Origin: Candidatus Poriferihabitaceae bacterium
GTDB taxonomy: Bacteria > Pseudomonadota > Gammaproteobacteria > Arenicellales > Poriferihabitantaceae
Assembly (NCBI GenBank): GCA_965221795.1
Contig: OZ244914.1
Location: 3,130,030 to 3,194,029, forward strand
Length of the DNA: 64,000 nucleotides
Direction of reading: 5' to 3'
The notes below the pieces were generated by a model. It was given only the letters and a program-made list of their open reading frames with translations, did not search any database and was not told where the DNA came from. A program made the position numbers and the translations under genes. This document shows, piece by piece, positions 18,636-27,647 of this stretch; position 1 is the stretch's first letter; each line of letters starts with the position of its first letter.

Positions 18636-19010
18636 TCATCTCCCAATAACCATTCCATTGTTTTCTGGTTTTAAAATCTCCCACTCCCGTCTGAAAAAAG
18701 GAAAGGCTATCTCGTTTTCAAGTTCATCCAATGCCTTGAATTTGCCAGAGTTGAGTTGACGATAAGACCTGATAACAACCCACCACGAAGCAGAGATCAC
18801 GAATCCAAGTATTCCCACAGACAGGAAAACGAAGTTTAGAGGAGATTCTGCGACGCCAGATTCGATAAAGACGCCCGCGGCCAGGCCCAGCCCGGAAAGA
18901 ATGCCAATGTATAGCCGGTTTGCCGCTTCGCGCCGTTGGCTGACCCTGTCAGCAAGTTCCGCATGGAGTTTGTAGATTTCCAGCAATTCGGTTTTTGAAT
19001 GTTCTGTCAT
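18636..19010 (-). CDS. small two-TM membrane protein (SLATT-like candidate effector)
   Basis: 124 aa. N-terminal amphipathic helix (ELLEIYKLHAELADRVSQRREAANR), two hydrophobic spans (LYIGILSGLGLAAGVFI, FVFLSVGILGFVISASWWVVI), then YRQLNSGKFKALDELE. Its start codon overlaps the stop of the upstream TIR-like frame (ATGA). Confidence 0.6.
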   Translation of the reverse strand: MTEHSKTELLEIYKLHAELADRVSQRREAANRLYIGILSGLGLAAGVFIESGVAESPLNFVFLSVGILGFVISASWWVVIRSYRQLNSGKFKALDELENEIAFPFFRREWEILKPENNGMVIGR

Positions 19011-19420
19011 TTTGATAACTCCCGAATGGCAGTCACCACTGAGTTAACCTGCCATCTCACAATACAATCGGCGGAATTTTTGACCTTTTTCGAAGCTCTT
19101 TCGCTTCCCCAGTATTCAATAGCAATGATGGGTTTGGGAAATCGAAAACCGTTTTTTGCCAAATCAATTTCGATGTTGATCCATTTGCTTTATGAAACAT
19201 ACATCCCCGCCAGTATAAGAACAACTCCGCAGGGTGTCATCTTACCCTTGATCGCTTGTGCAAGTTCTCTGTCTGAATTGGCATGATGGATAGGATCATA
19301 TTTAGGAACCGAATGATTCTTGTAGCTAAAGTAAGTTCTGTCATCTAGCAGTTCAACAAGACCATCGTAGTGGTCTGAGTAACTCCACGAATGACTAATA
19401 AATAGATTGTGTGTTCTCAT
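19007..19420 (-). pseudogene. TIR-like (DUF1863/MTH538-type) protein interrupted by one in-frame TAA
   Basis: MRTHNLFISHSWSYSDHYDGLVELL ... GVVLILAGMYVS, then TAA at 19192-19190. The same frame continues SKWINIEIDLAKNGFRFPKPIIAIEYWGSERASKKVKNSADCIVRWQVNSVVTAIRELSK. Both halves match the TIR-like family layout, and the stop sits where a Tyr (YSKWI) is expected. Confidence 0.65.
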
Positions 19421-19988
19421 AACAATGATTCCTACTATCACCGATATGTCAGATATATCCCATCAAGGGTACATTATGTTGCGCAACATAAGATGCAACA
19501 TGGGATTTACGGATTGTATCCTACTCCCCCACGACGTATGAAACACTACTGGCAAGGGGTTGCCTCCGTTTTATGAAATGAGATGTAATAACGGTTGGAC
19601 CGCCCTCACCCCACAACCGGGCAAGGTTTGGTATCAGCCACCGCAACCAGATCTGAGAAGACAATGCGCTAAGGCTTGGGACGCGAATTCGGCATCCCGA
19701 TCCCGCTTCTGCCACTACGTGACACTTACCGTAGTAGAAAGCACTCGGCAATGCCGCGTTACCGCAGCGTGCAGAATACCATGCGCAGACGATGCGCCAT
19801 AGTGGTGCGGTGTTTGGGGCTACGATATGGCAAGCACAGCCTATCAAGGCAGCCCCGACGAGATACGCAGACTTCATAACTGCGATGGCATTCTACGACT
19901 AAACAGGTGCTGAGGCAATTTCGCTAGTGTGGGTCCTCACATAGCGAAAAAAGAGGATTACGATAGGAAAGTTGACAAATTGACAGAA

Positions 19989-20845
19989 CTAGGGCGTGTT
20001 AACGCTACGCAGTGTATCAATGACCAGCGCGAAGACGACGAATCCGAGATACATGACATCAAGCTTGTCGAAGCGCGAGAAGACTCGGCGAAAGCCCTTG
20101 AGTCGCCGCAACAGGCGCTCGACCTCGTGGCGCCGCCGGTACCGTTTCCGGTCGTATTCCCAGGGGGTGATGCGACGGCTTTTCGGCGGGACCACGGGCG
20201 TGAAGCCGAGGTCGGCAACCCGCCGGCGGGTTTCATCGTCTTCACAGGCCCGATCCATGACCAGTGCCGGTCGTGCGACGGCTTCTTCAGCCGCTGCCGG
20301 AGCTCCCGCCCCTCCGGGGCATCGTGGGCGTTGCCGGGAGAGCGCGCGAAGGCAACGGCCGTTCGGGCATCCGCGGCCACCAGATGAAGCTGGGTGTTCC
20401 ACCCGCCCCGGGACTTTCCGATGCCCTGGGCGCCGTTTTTTGTAGCACCCCCGTGCCCTCGGGATGCCCCTTGATGCGGGTGCTGTCCAGGCCCATGGCC
20501 TCCCCCCGGATCCGGATCATTCGCTGCCGCTGCCGATGCGCGAACACGCGGTCCAGAACCCCGTTCTTCGACCACCGGTTCCTGCGCGTGTCGATGGTGG
20601 GCCCGTTGCCGAAGGGCTCCGGCAGGCCGCGCCCCTTGCCGCCGTGCTCGGCCACGTAGAGAATGGCGTTGAGTACCGGCAGGTTCGAGAGGCTGACCTT
20701 GCCCCGCGGCCTCGGCCGCAGCGGGGCCATGCGCTCGTACGGTGCCCGGGTAAGTTCCATTGCCGGTTCCTCCGTACTGTTCCGGTTGACAATCACGGGC
20801 ACCGAGTATACCATGTCTGGAAGAGATTGTGTTAACACGCCCTAG
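19989..20845 (-). mobile_element. IS5-family, IS427-group insertion sequence (about 857 bp), GC-rich
   Basis: Terminal inverted repeats ctagGGCGTGTTAAC (19989-20003) and GTTAACACGCCctag (20831-20845). OrfA runs from ATG 20760 (LPVLNAILYVAEHGG...). An A6 run lies at 20436-20441 where the frame changes to ...KNGAQGIGKSRGGWNTQLH. The C-terminal part reads DRACEDDETRR...RRHEVERLLRRLKGFRRVFSRFDKLDVMYLGF. A second frame change near 20270-20330 is needed. Confidence 0.8.
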
Positions 20846-20894
20846 TCCACATATGTATGATGCTTCTAGATTCCATCCTTTGCGAGAAAGTACA

Positions 20895-21512
20895 ATGATG
20901 AAGCTTACCCTCCCTTTCATTAGATTCGCCGCGCTCGCGCTTGCCACGTCACTGGCGAGTACAGCCCAATCTGAATCGATCAGTTGTACCAATTTCAAGA
21001 GATGCGGAGGATGTAATATATCCGTACCGAGTTCTGTGTTAAGTGATAAAAGTGCGGAAATCAGTTTATCTTGGGTATTGCTGGGGAATTTGTTGAATTC
21101 TGGTTATATTGCAAGCAACATATGGCATAACTGGAGCTACTTCATCTCTGTTCCCATCGTCTTGCAGGTGACAAAAACTCATGAAGGAGTTTCCGAACTG
21201 GTCTTCATGGAGAAGATTAGAGATATCACCTTTGACCGCGGACTAGGTTCCCATACCAGCAAAATCAACGATTTGGAACCGAATACTAACTACACTGCAG
21301 TCGCTTATACCGGCATTAAAGAAAAAAGCAGCTCGGATCCGTTTGCCAGAATATGCTTTAGAACAAAACCGAATGCCGACTGCCCAGAACTGGAAGGCAA
21401 AAGATATAAGGTGGAATCGTCAGACGGCAGTAGCTATTTTATAGTCGGTGGTCAAAAAGAACGGGAGGATTGTCCAGGAACAGGGCTGAGCGGGTATTTC
21501 ACAGATAATTGA
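20895..21512 (+). CDS. secreted hypothetical protein with an FN3-like C-terminal segment
   Basis: Signal peptide MMKLTLPFIRFAALALATSLASTAQS. LEPNTNYTAVAYTG...FRTKP resembles a fibronectin-III strand pattern. Confidence 0.5.
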   Translation: MMKLTLPFIRFAALALATSLASTAQSESISCTNFKRCGGCNISVPSSVLSDKSAEISLSWVLLGNLLNSGYIASNIWHNWSYFISVPIVLQVTKTHEGVSELVFMEKIRDITFDRGLGSHTSKINDLEPNTNYTAVAYTGIKEKSSSDPFARICFRTKPNADCPELEGKRYKVESSDGSSYFIVGGQKEREDCPGTGLSGYFTDN

Positions 21513-22202
21513 TTCACTCCTGACTTCGACGGGGGTTTTTTTTGAAAAAGTATGTCTTTTCAGTCGCTTGACTTTTCCGCTAGTGGATGTTGCGAAACAT
21601 CTCTTGACATCCTTGCCACTGTCTGCCACTTTTCACCCCGCCCCTGTCATGGGGTACCAACCTATCAAGAACACTACCATCCAGGCCTAAACGGCCCGAA
21701 GCTGCATATTCGGACTGGAGGGCACTGAACCGAGTAATACACGGAAAGCGTAAACGTACTGCTTACGCTTATATTTTCTGAAAAGGGGTGATAAGAAAAA
21801 TATAAGGCATTTCAAGGGGCGTTTTCCCCGGGAGGTTGTGAGGTATTCCCCGTACGCCAAACGCGGACTCATGGGCCCTGCAGGAGACCGTTTTCTGGTC
21901 ACCAGCATGAAAAATCGCGCCGGGGATCTCCTGCATTTTGCCGATCTCGCCAGCTGATTCCGGTATTTAGGACCACTGAAATCCAGCATTTACAGGAATC
22001 ACTGTTCCCCAACTCAATTACTCAGAACCTCCTTAGGTCAGAAGCGAGTGATTCTCAGAAAAATACCATACACAAAACCGATGGATGACAAGCTGCAATA
22101 ATGCCTGCTTTGGCCTTGGGGAACATCCAGGTCTGCAAGTGATAGGGGTGAACGGCATCCTTGATTGCGATCATGCTACTTCGCACGGTAGAATCTTTCT
22201 TA

Positions 22203-24521
22203 TCAGAACAGCGCATGCCAGCCGACCAGTAGTGCCAGTCGGTGTGGTGCTTCCGCATCATGGCCGGCGTGATGGGTGGCGACTGTCCCGAGTCGGAACG
22301 TACCAAACGAGACAGGACGTTCCCAGCGTACCGACAGGTCAACCTGCCTTCCGGAAGGTGCCAGGTCCGCACGCAATTGTCGTCGCAGGACGATGCCGTC
22401 TCGGGTACGTCCCGTAGGAAAAGAGAGCATCGCATCGCCATCTTCCACCCGGAGTGGCTGGGTAAGGGAAACCCGCAGGGATCCGCTTTCTGCCATCGAC
22501 CGGGAGGCGTGGAGTGCGAAGGCACTAGTGGTAAGTGGGGCAAGAGCCGTGATGATGCCACCCTGTGCATCCGGCCTTACCAGGCCGATCTCAGGTCCTC
22601 CCTCCAGTTGCCAGCTACCTGCTTCCGTACTCAGGTCCAAGCCAATAAAAACCGAGTCCGCGGCCAACTTGCCGAATGCCCCTTCTCCAGTACTGGCGAG
22701 GATGCTGCTGCGTTCATTGAGCCAGCCTGCTCGCAAGCCAAAAGGGATATGGGATGGATGCCAGAGTATGGATGTCCCTGAGATGGGACGGGAGTCCTCT
22801 TGGAAGCCTTCGGTGGTAAAGGCAGTGGTGGAAATATTCCGGGATTGACGCGTCGTGAGTGCGATGGCGTCATATGGGAGAGCGGTATGACCATCTCCCG
22901 TTCTCGCCGGGGTTTTTCGCATGTTGAACTGAATCTCGCCCAAGACAACATTCCCGTTCCATTCGGCGAGTTTTTCTTGTCGATTGAGCGGCAATGGTGC
23001 CATGAAATCATGCAATTGCGTGTCCAGCAGTGGCAGACCTGGTGTGGTCACCATCCGACCCAGATCGTACCAGAATGGGGCCCCCAGGGTGTCAAAAGCC
23101 GCAATTTTCTGACGGGACAATACCGTAGCAGGCCCATCGCCGAATGCTGTACCGAGCTGGAGGCTGGAGCCCTGCAGTGGGATCCCGGCTTCGGTCATGT
23201 CGACGCCGGATATGATCGTCGGCTCACCATGGGGGGACAGGGCAGCATCCAGGTCCATCAACCCATTGCCGTAGATGGAGTGATCAGCATAACGTCCCGT
23301 GTTGTTGGCAGTCTCGAAGAGTCTGGTTACCAACTCCTCACTCGAGAGTTGATCACGGAAAAACTGTTTGAGCAGGGCCAGCCCCCCCGTAACCATTGGT
23401 GCCGAGAACGAGGTGCCGGAACTATTGACGAAGCCTCGTATTCCGATTTCATCTCCATATGACCCAAAATAAGCGACCTCTACACGATCTCCCGGAGCGG
23501 CGATACACCAGTCTGCTGCGATTCCGCAACGGTTGGAGAAATCAGTAATTTCTCCTTCCTGGTCCACTGCTACAGTAGCTACGGAATGGCCCCGGAGCTC
23601 TTCGATTCTGGCCATCATTCCTGCGAATATATTGGGGGAGGCGGCATCCATCTCACCGGCCGGACGGCCCATATCGTCGGTTTCACTGTCTCCGACACAA
23701 CTGCCAGTACCTGGTCGGCATAGTTGTCCGTGGGAGTTGCCTGCCGCCCACACGAGAATGGTCTTATCTTCTCGATCAGTCTGCGCTAGGGATCGGATGG
23801 TCTGGCCGATGGAGTCGCGAAGCGCCGCTTCATCGGAGTAGTGATTGATCGGGCCGATGTAGCCGAAACTCAGATTCAGCACATCCAGGTCATGGGAGAA
23901 AATCTCACGATATTCGGACGCATCCGACTGGTCAAACGAGGCCAGTTCGGAGAGAGTAATCGACGACACCGCAAAATCCGGGGCCGGCGAATCTCCGAGG
24001 GCAATCGCAAACATCCGCAATCGGGCGTGGGGAACGATTCCGGTAAACTGGTATGGGTATTCGGGATTCCGTCTGCCGGCAATCACACTGGCCACCGCTG
24101 TGCCATGCGAATACTCATCTCCTATTTCATCGATGGAGTCGGGGCGTAAGTGCTCTGTTACATCGCCTGCAGCTACTCCCTCAACAAATACCGGGTGTTC
24201 CAGATCAATGCCGGTATCCATTACTCCCACATTAACCCCTTGGCCAGGTTGTTCGGAGCTATCGACGATGCGCAAATGCCCCCAGGCTTCGGCAAGCTTG
24301 ATGGCTGGTGCCCATTGGTTCCCGAAGCTTGGTCGTATCTCCTCGGCGACATCCTGCACGGCCAAACGGTACGCTTCCGATTCCAGACAACCCTGAACTG
24401 TATCAATACAGGTCGGTTGGTTGCCACCACCGCCACCGCATCCCGACAGGAGAGTGAAAACAGCCAGAATGGACAGGCAGGTAGCACAAGGACGGTCACG
24501 GTAGGTCAACGGGGAATACAT
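22203..24521 (-). CDS. subtilisin-family (S8) serine protease autotransporter with a lipoprotein signal (NalP/SphB1-like)
   Basis: Lipobox LLSGC. Catalytic triad contexts VGVMDTGID (Asp), HGTAVASVIAG (His) and GTSFSAPMVTGGLALL (Ser). C-terminal ~280 aa with alternating beta-strand character, ending WHALF. Confidence 0.85.
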   Translation of the reverse strand: MYSPLTYRDRPCATCLSILAVFTLLSGCGGGGGNQPTCIDTVQGCLESEAYRLAVQDVAEEIRPSFGNQWAPAIKLAEAWGHLRIVDSSEQPGQGVNVGVMDTGIDLEHPVFVEGVAAGDVTEHLRPDSIDEIGDEYSHGTAVASVIAGRRNPEYPYQFTGIVPHARLRMFAIALGDSPAPDFAVSSITLSELASFDQSDASEYREIFSHDLDVLNLSFGYIGPINHYSDEAALRDSIGQTIRSLAQTDREDKTILVWAAGNSHGQLCRPGTGSCVGDSETDDMGRPAGEMDAASPNIFAGMMARIEELRGHSVATVAVDQEGEITDFSNRCGIAADWCIAAPGDRVEVAYFGSYGDEIGIRGFVNSSGTSFSAPMVTGGLALLKQFFRDQLSSEELVTRLFETANNTGRYADHSIYGNGLMDLDAALSPHGEPTIISGVDMTEAGIPLQGSSLQLGTAFGDGPATVLSRQKIAAFDTLGAPFWYDLGRMVTTPGLPLLDTQLHDFMAPLPLNRQEKLAEWNGNVVLGEIQFNMRKTPARTGDGHTALPYDAIALTTRQSRNISTTAFTTEGFQEDSRPISGTSILWHPSHIPFGLRAGWLNERSSILASTGEGAFGKLAADSVFIGLDLSTEAGSWQLEGGPEIGLVRPDAQGGIITALAPLTTSAFALHASRSMAESGSLRVSLTQPLRVEDGDAMLSFPTGRTRDGIVLRRQLRADLAPSGRQVDLSVRWERPVSFGTFRLGTVATHHAGHDAEAPHRLALLVGWHALF

Positions 24522-25149
24522 CAGAGAACAGGGACTGGTCGAGAAGCGTTTCGAAGTGCAGTTGATATCACCAGATGGGCATCTGATTGGGTTTCTGTAA
24601 AGCGCAAACTATAGCATAGGATGGGAGCGGCACATTCCATGCAAGTCGTCAGGCATGGCTCTCTCCTCTGGATGAGGTGGTGCATTCGATATGAGAGGCT
24701 GCAAGCTACGGTCAGGCCGACAGAGAGAATAAAAGGAGTCGAACCATATCCCCAGATGGCTCACCAATTCGGTGCTTGAAAGTGCTAAAAATGATTCGAA
24801 GTCACCCGAATGAATCAATACAATCAGTCGAATTTCGACTGCGCAGGAAAACCAGGCACAGATTAATCCAGAACATCGCGAATCTCGGCATATGCACTTG
24901 CTCCAGTGTAATTTTCTGGACTATGGAGCAAGGTCGGAGGCGATGAGGTGTCAAGTCATGAATGTTTGAGTCCGGTCTTGCTACATGCCGGCTATGCTTT
25001 CAGCAGGGCGAATGGAATCTTCTGAAATTCGAAGTATAGTACGGCCCACTTCCGGGGGCGGTGTGGACCCTGCGACTATCGCCTATATCCGACGATCTGT
25101 CCAGGTCCACCTGGGCAGGAGAGTACGCAATAGGGCTGTTAGGAGGCTA

Positions 25150-27417
25150 TCAATTACGTTTTCTGAGCCCCACCCCTCGCATCAGCTTCTGATGACGCTT
25201 GCTGGTGAGCCGATCCTGGGCATATTGGGCCAGTTTCAATTGGCATCCGATGTCATCCTCCGATTTGGGTTGGCGCTGTATATAACTGCCATCTGACTGC
25301 ATATCCCATGCGTTGCGTTGGTCGTCAAGCAGGGTATCGAGTACCAGGCGAAGTTCTTTTTTCAATGGTTTTTGGACGATATCGGTCACCACCTCCACCC
25401 GGCTTTGCAGGTTTCGGGTCATCAGGTCCGCTGAGCCAATCAGGTACTCTTCACGACCCCCATTACGGAAATAGAATATACGGCTGTGCTCCAGAAAACG
25501 CCCCACAATACTGATCACGCTGATATTTTCAGAAATACCGGGTAATCCGGGACGCAGCCGGCAAGTATCCCGAACAATGAGTTCAACGCGGACCCCGGCG
25601 CAGGACGCCTGATACAACGCCCGGACAATATCACGATCTTCCAGGGCGTTAGTTTTCATCTGAATCAGCCCGGGCTTATCTTCACGATGGATATTGATTT
25701 CACGATTGATTTTGGACAGAAGGGCTCGTTTCAAATGCTTGGGAGCGGGCAGGATACGGCGATAGTTGCGCTTGGGTGTATAGCCGGTAGTCAGGTAGTT
25801 GAAAAATTCGGTCACGTCATGTCCGATATCTTCCTCACAGGTAAGTACACCGATATCCGTATAAATACGTGCGGTCCCGCCATGATAGTTACCGGTGCCG
25901 ATATGGACATACCGGCGTAGCCCTGAGAAATCCTGTCGGACCACCAGAATCACCTTGCTGTGTGTTTTCAGACCGACCACGCCATAGGTTACATGAATGC
26001 CTGCCTGCTCCATCCGCTCCGACCATCGAATGTTGGCCGCCTCATCGAACTTTGCCTTCAACTCCACTACTACGGCGACCTGCTTGCCATTTTGGGCGGC
26101 GCTGATCAGTAGGTCTACAATTCGGGTTTCTTCATCGGTTCGATACAGGGTCATCTTGATGGCCCGGACTTTCGGGTCCCGGGAGGCCTCGTAAAGAAAC
26201 TTCACCACAGACTGGGCAAAGGATTCATAAGGGTGTTGCAGTAGCAAGGACTCAGCTTCCCGGATAGTATAGAAAATACTGCGTTGGCTGTCCTGCAGTC
26301 GATAGTGAATCGAAGGATGATGCGGGGGATTGTGCAGTTCCGGTATGCTAAAGGAAGCTAACTCGAACAGGTTTCGCTGTGCCATCAGAGTGGAGGTCTC
26401 GAAGACATCGGTATTGGCATCAAGTCCCAACTCTGCCGCAAGTAAGCCTTTTCGGACTTCATTCATCCCTTTACTGACCACCACCCGCACAATCGGAGCA
26501 ATTCGCCGGTCCCGCAACTCGGATTCAATCAATTCCAACAGATCATTGGCACCGGACTCGGCCCGTTCGCTCGCAGCATTCCGGGCCACAAAAAAGAAAT
26601 CGTGGGCGATGACTTTGATTTCCGGAAACAGGATATCCAGATTGTTGGCAATCACTTCTTCCAAAGGAACATAGTGGTGACGGTCCGAGATCTGGATAAA
26701 CCGCGGGACGCCGATACCGACCGGGACTTTGACCCGTGCCAGGCTCAGGTTCTTGCTGCTCTGATCCTTGGTGGCATTGCTCATGAGAGTCACCAGGATG
26801 TTCAGTGACAGATTCGAGATGAACGGAAACGGATGGGCCGGGTCCATCACCTGGGGCGTAATCAACGGAAAGATGTTGTGAAGATAATGGGTTCGCACCT
26901 GTTCGCGTTCTCCAGAGTCCAGATCCAAGTAAGAGCGAATTCGGATGTCATGGCTTGCCAGTGCATCCAGTAATTTGGGTAGGCTCTGATCGCGAATGGC
27001 TTCAATCTCCCGTACCAGCTCCCAGCATTTGGCCAACTGGTCCTGGGGGGTTCGGCCATCCACGGTCAGTTCGCTGACGCCAGCGGCAACCTGCAGTTTG
27101 AGGCCGCCGATTCGTTTCATGAAGAATTCGTCCAGATTGGAAGCAAAGATGGCAAAGAACTTGAGCCGTTCAAGCGGCGGAGTTCTTGGGTCGGTTCCTT
27201 CATGAAGCACTCGCCGGTTGAACTGGAGCCAGGTAAGTTCACGATTGAGATAGAGAGAAGGGTCTGCCAGATCAGTAGACACAGTACAACGTTCCGTCGA
27301 CCCCTCCTGCAGGAGAGGCTGGCAAGAGAAGTGGCCCTCGGACAAGGGTGGTGTCAATTGCGTTATGGTAGTCGACGTGTCGTCAAGTTGTATGTCGGGT
27401 TCACTGGGCAGGTTCAT
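25150..27417 (-). CDS. ppk: polyphosphate kinase 1
   Basis: YLNRELSWLxFNxRVL-type N-terminus (YLNRELTWLQFNRRVLHE). Two PLD-like HxK regions (KTHSKVILVVR; HSRIFYF). 755 aa. Confidence 0.92.
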   Translation of the reverse strand: MNLPSEPDIQLDDTSTTITQLTPPLSEGHFSCQPLLQEGSTERCTVSTDLADPSLYLNRELTWLQFNRRVLHEGTDPRTPPLERLKFFAIFASNLDEFFMKRIGGLKLQVAAGVSELTVDGRTPQDQLAKCWELVREIEAIRDQSLPKLLDALASHDIRIRSYLDLDSGEREQVRTHYLHNIFPLITPQVMDPAHPFPFISNLSLNILVTLMSNATKDQSSKNLSLARVKVPVGIGVPRFIQISDRHHYVPLEEVIANNLDILFPEIKVIAHDFFFVARNAASERAESGANDLLELIESELRDRRIAPIVRVVVSKGMNEVRKGLLAAELGLDANTDVFETSTLMAQRNLFELASFSIPELHNPPHHPSIHYRLQDSQRSIFYTIREAESLLLQHPYESFAQSVVKFLYEASRDPKVRAIKMTLYRTDEETRIVDLLISAAQNGKQVAVVVELKAKFDEAANIRWSERMEQAGIHVTYGVVGLKTHSKVILVVRQDFSGLRRYVHIGTGNYHGGTARIYTDIGVLTCEEDIGHDVTEFFNYLTTGYTPKRNYRRILPAPKHLKRALLSKINREINIHREDKPGLIQMKTNALEDRDIVRALYQASCAGVRVELIVRDTCRLRPGLPGISENISVISIVGRFLEHSRIFYFRNGGREEYLIGSADLMTRNLQSRVEVVTDIVQKPLKKELRLVLDTLLDDQRNAWDMQSDGSYIQRQPKSEDDIGCQLKLAQYAQDRLTSKRHQKLMRGVGLRKRN

Positions 27418-27647
27418 TGTTTGGAGTTCTGGTCCGATCCGGATGGGTTGTCAATCAATACACCGTATCATAATGATATGACAGAATTGTGTTGGATCAC
27501 AATGTCAGAACAGAAGTAGTTTAGGTATTGAAATCAACTTGATATTCAGCGATATTAACCATGTTTCAAATTCAGGGGCTCTCGCGTCAGCGATGAATGA
27601 CAATTCCGGGTCGAGTTACGGCCTGAACCGACTCCATTTTTCATGGC

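Noticed and set aside
21525-21545. T9 run after the FN3-like gene as an intrinsic terminator.
   Set aside because: The preceding sequence offers only a 4-bp stem including a G-U pair with a 10-nt loop. That is too weak to call.
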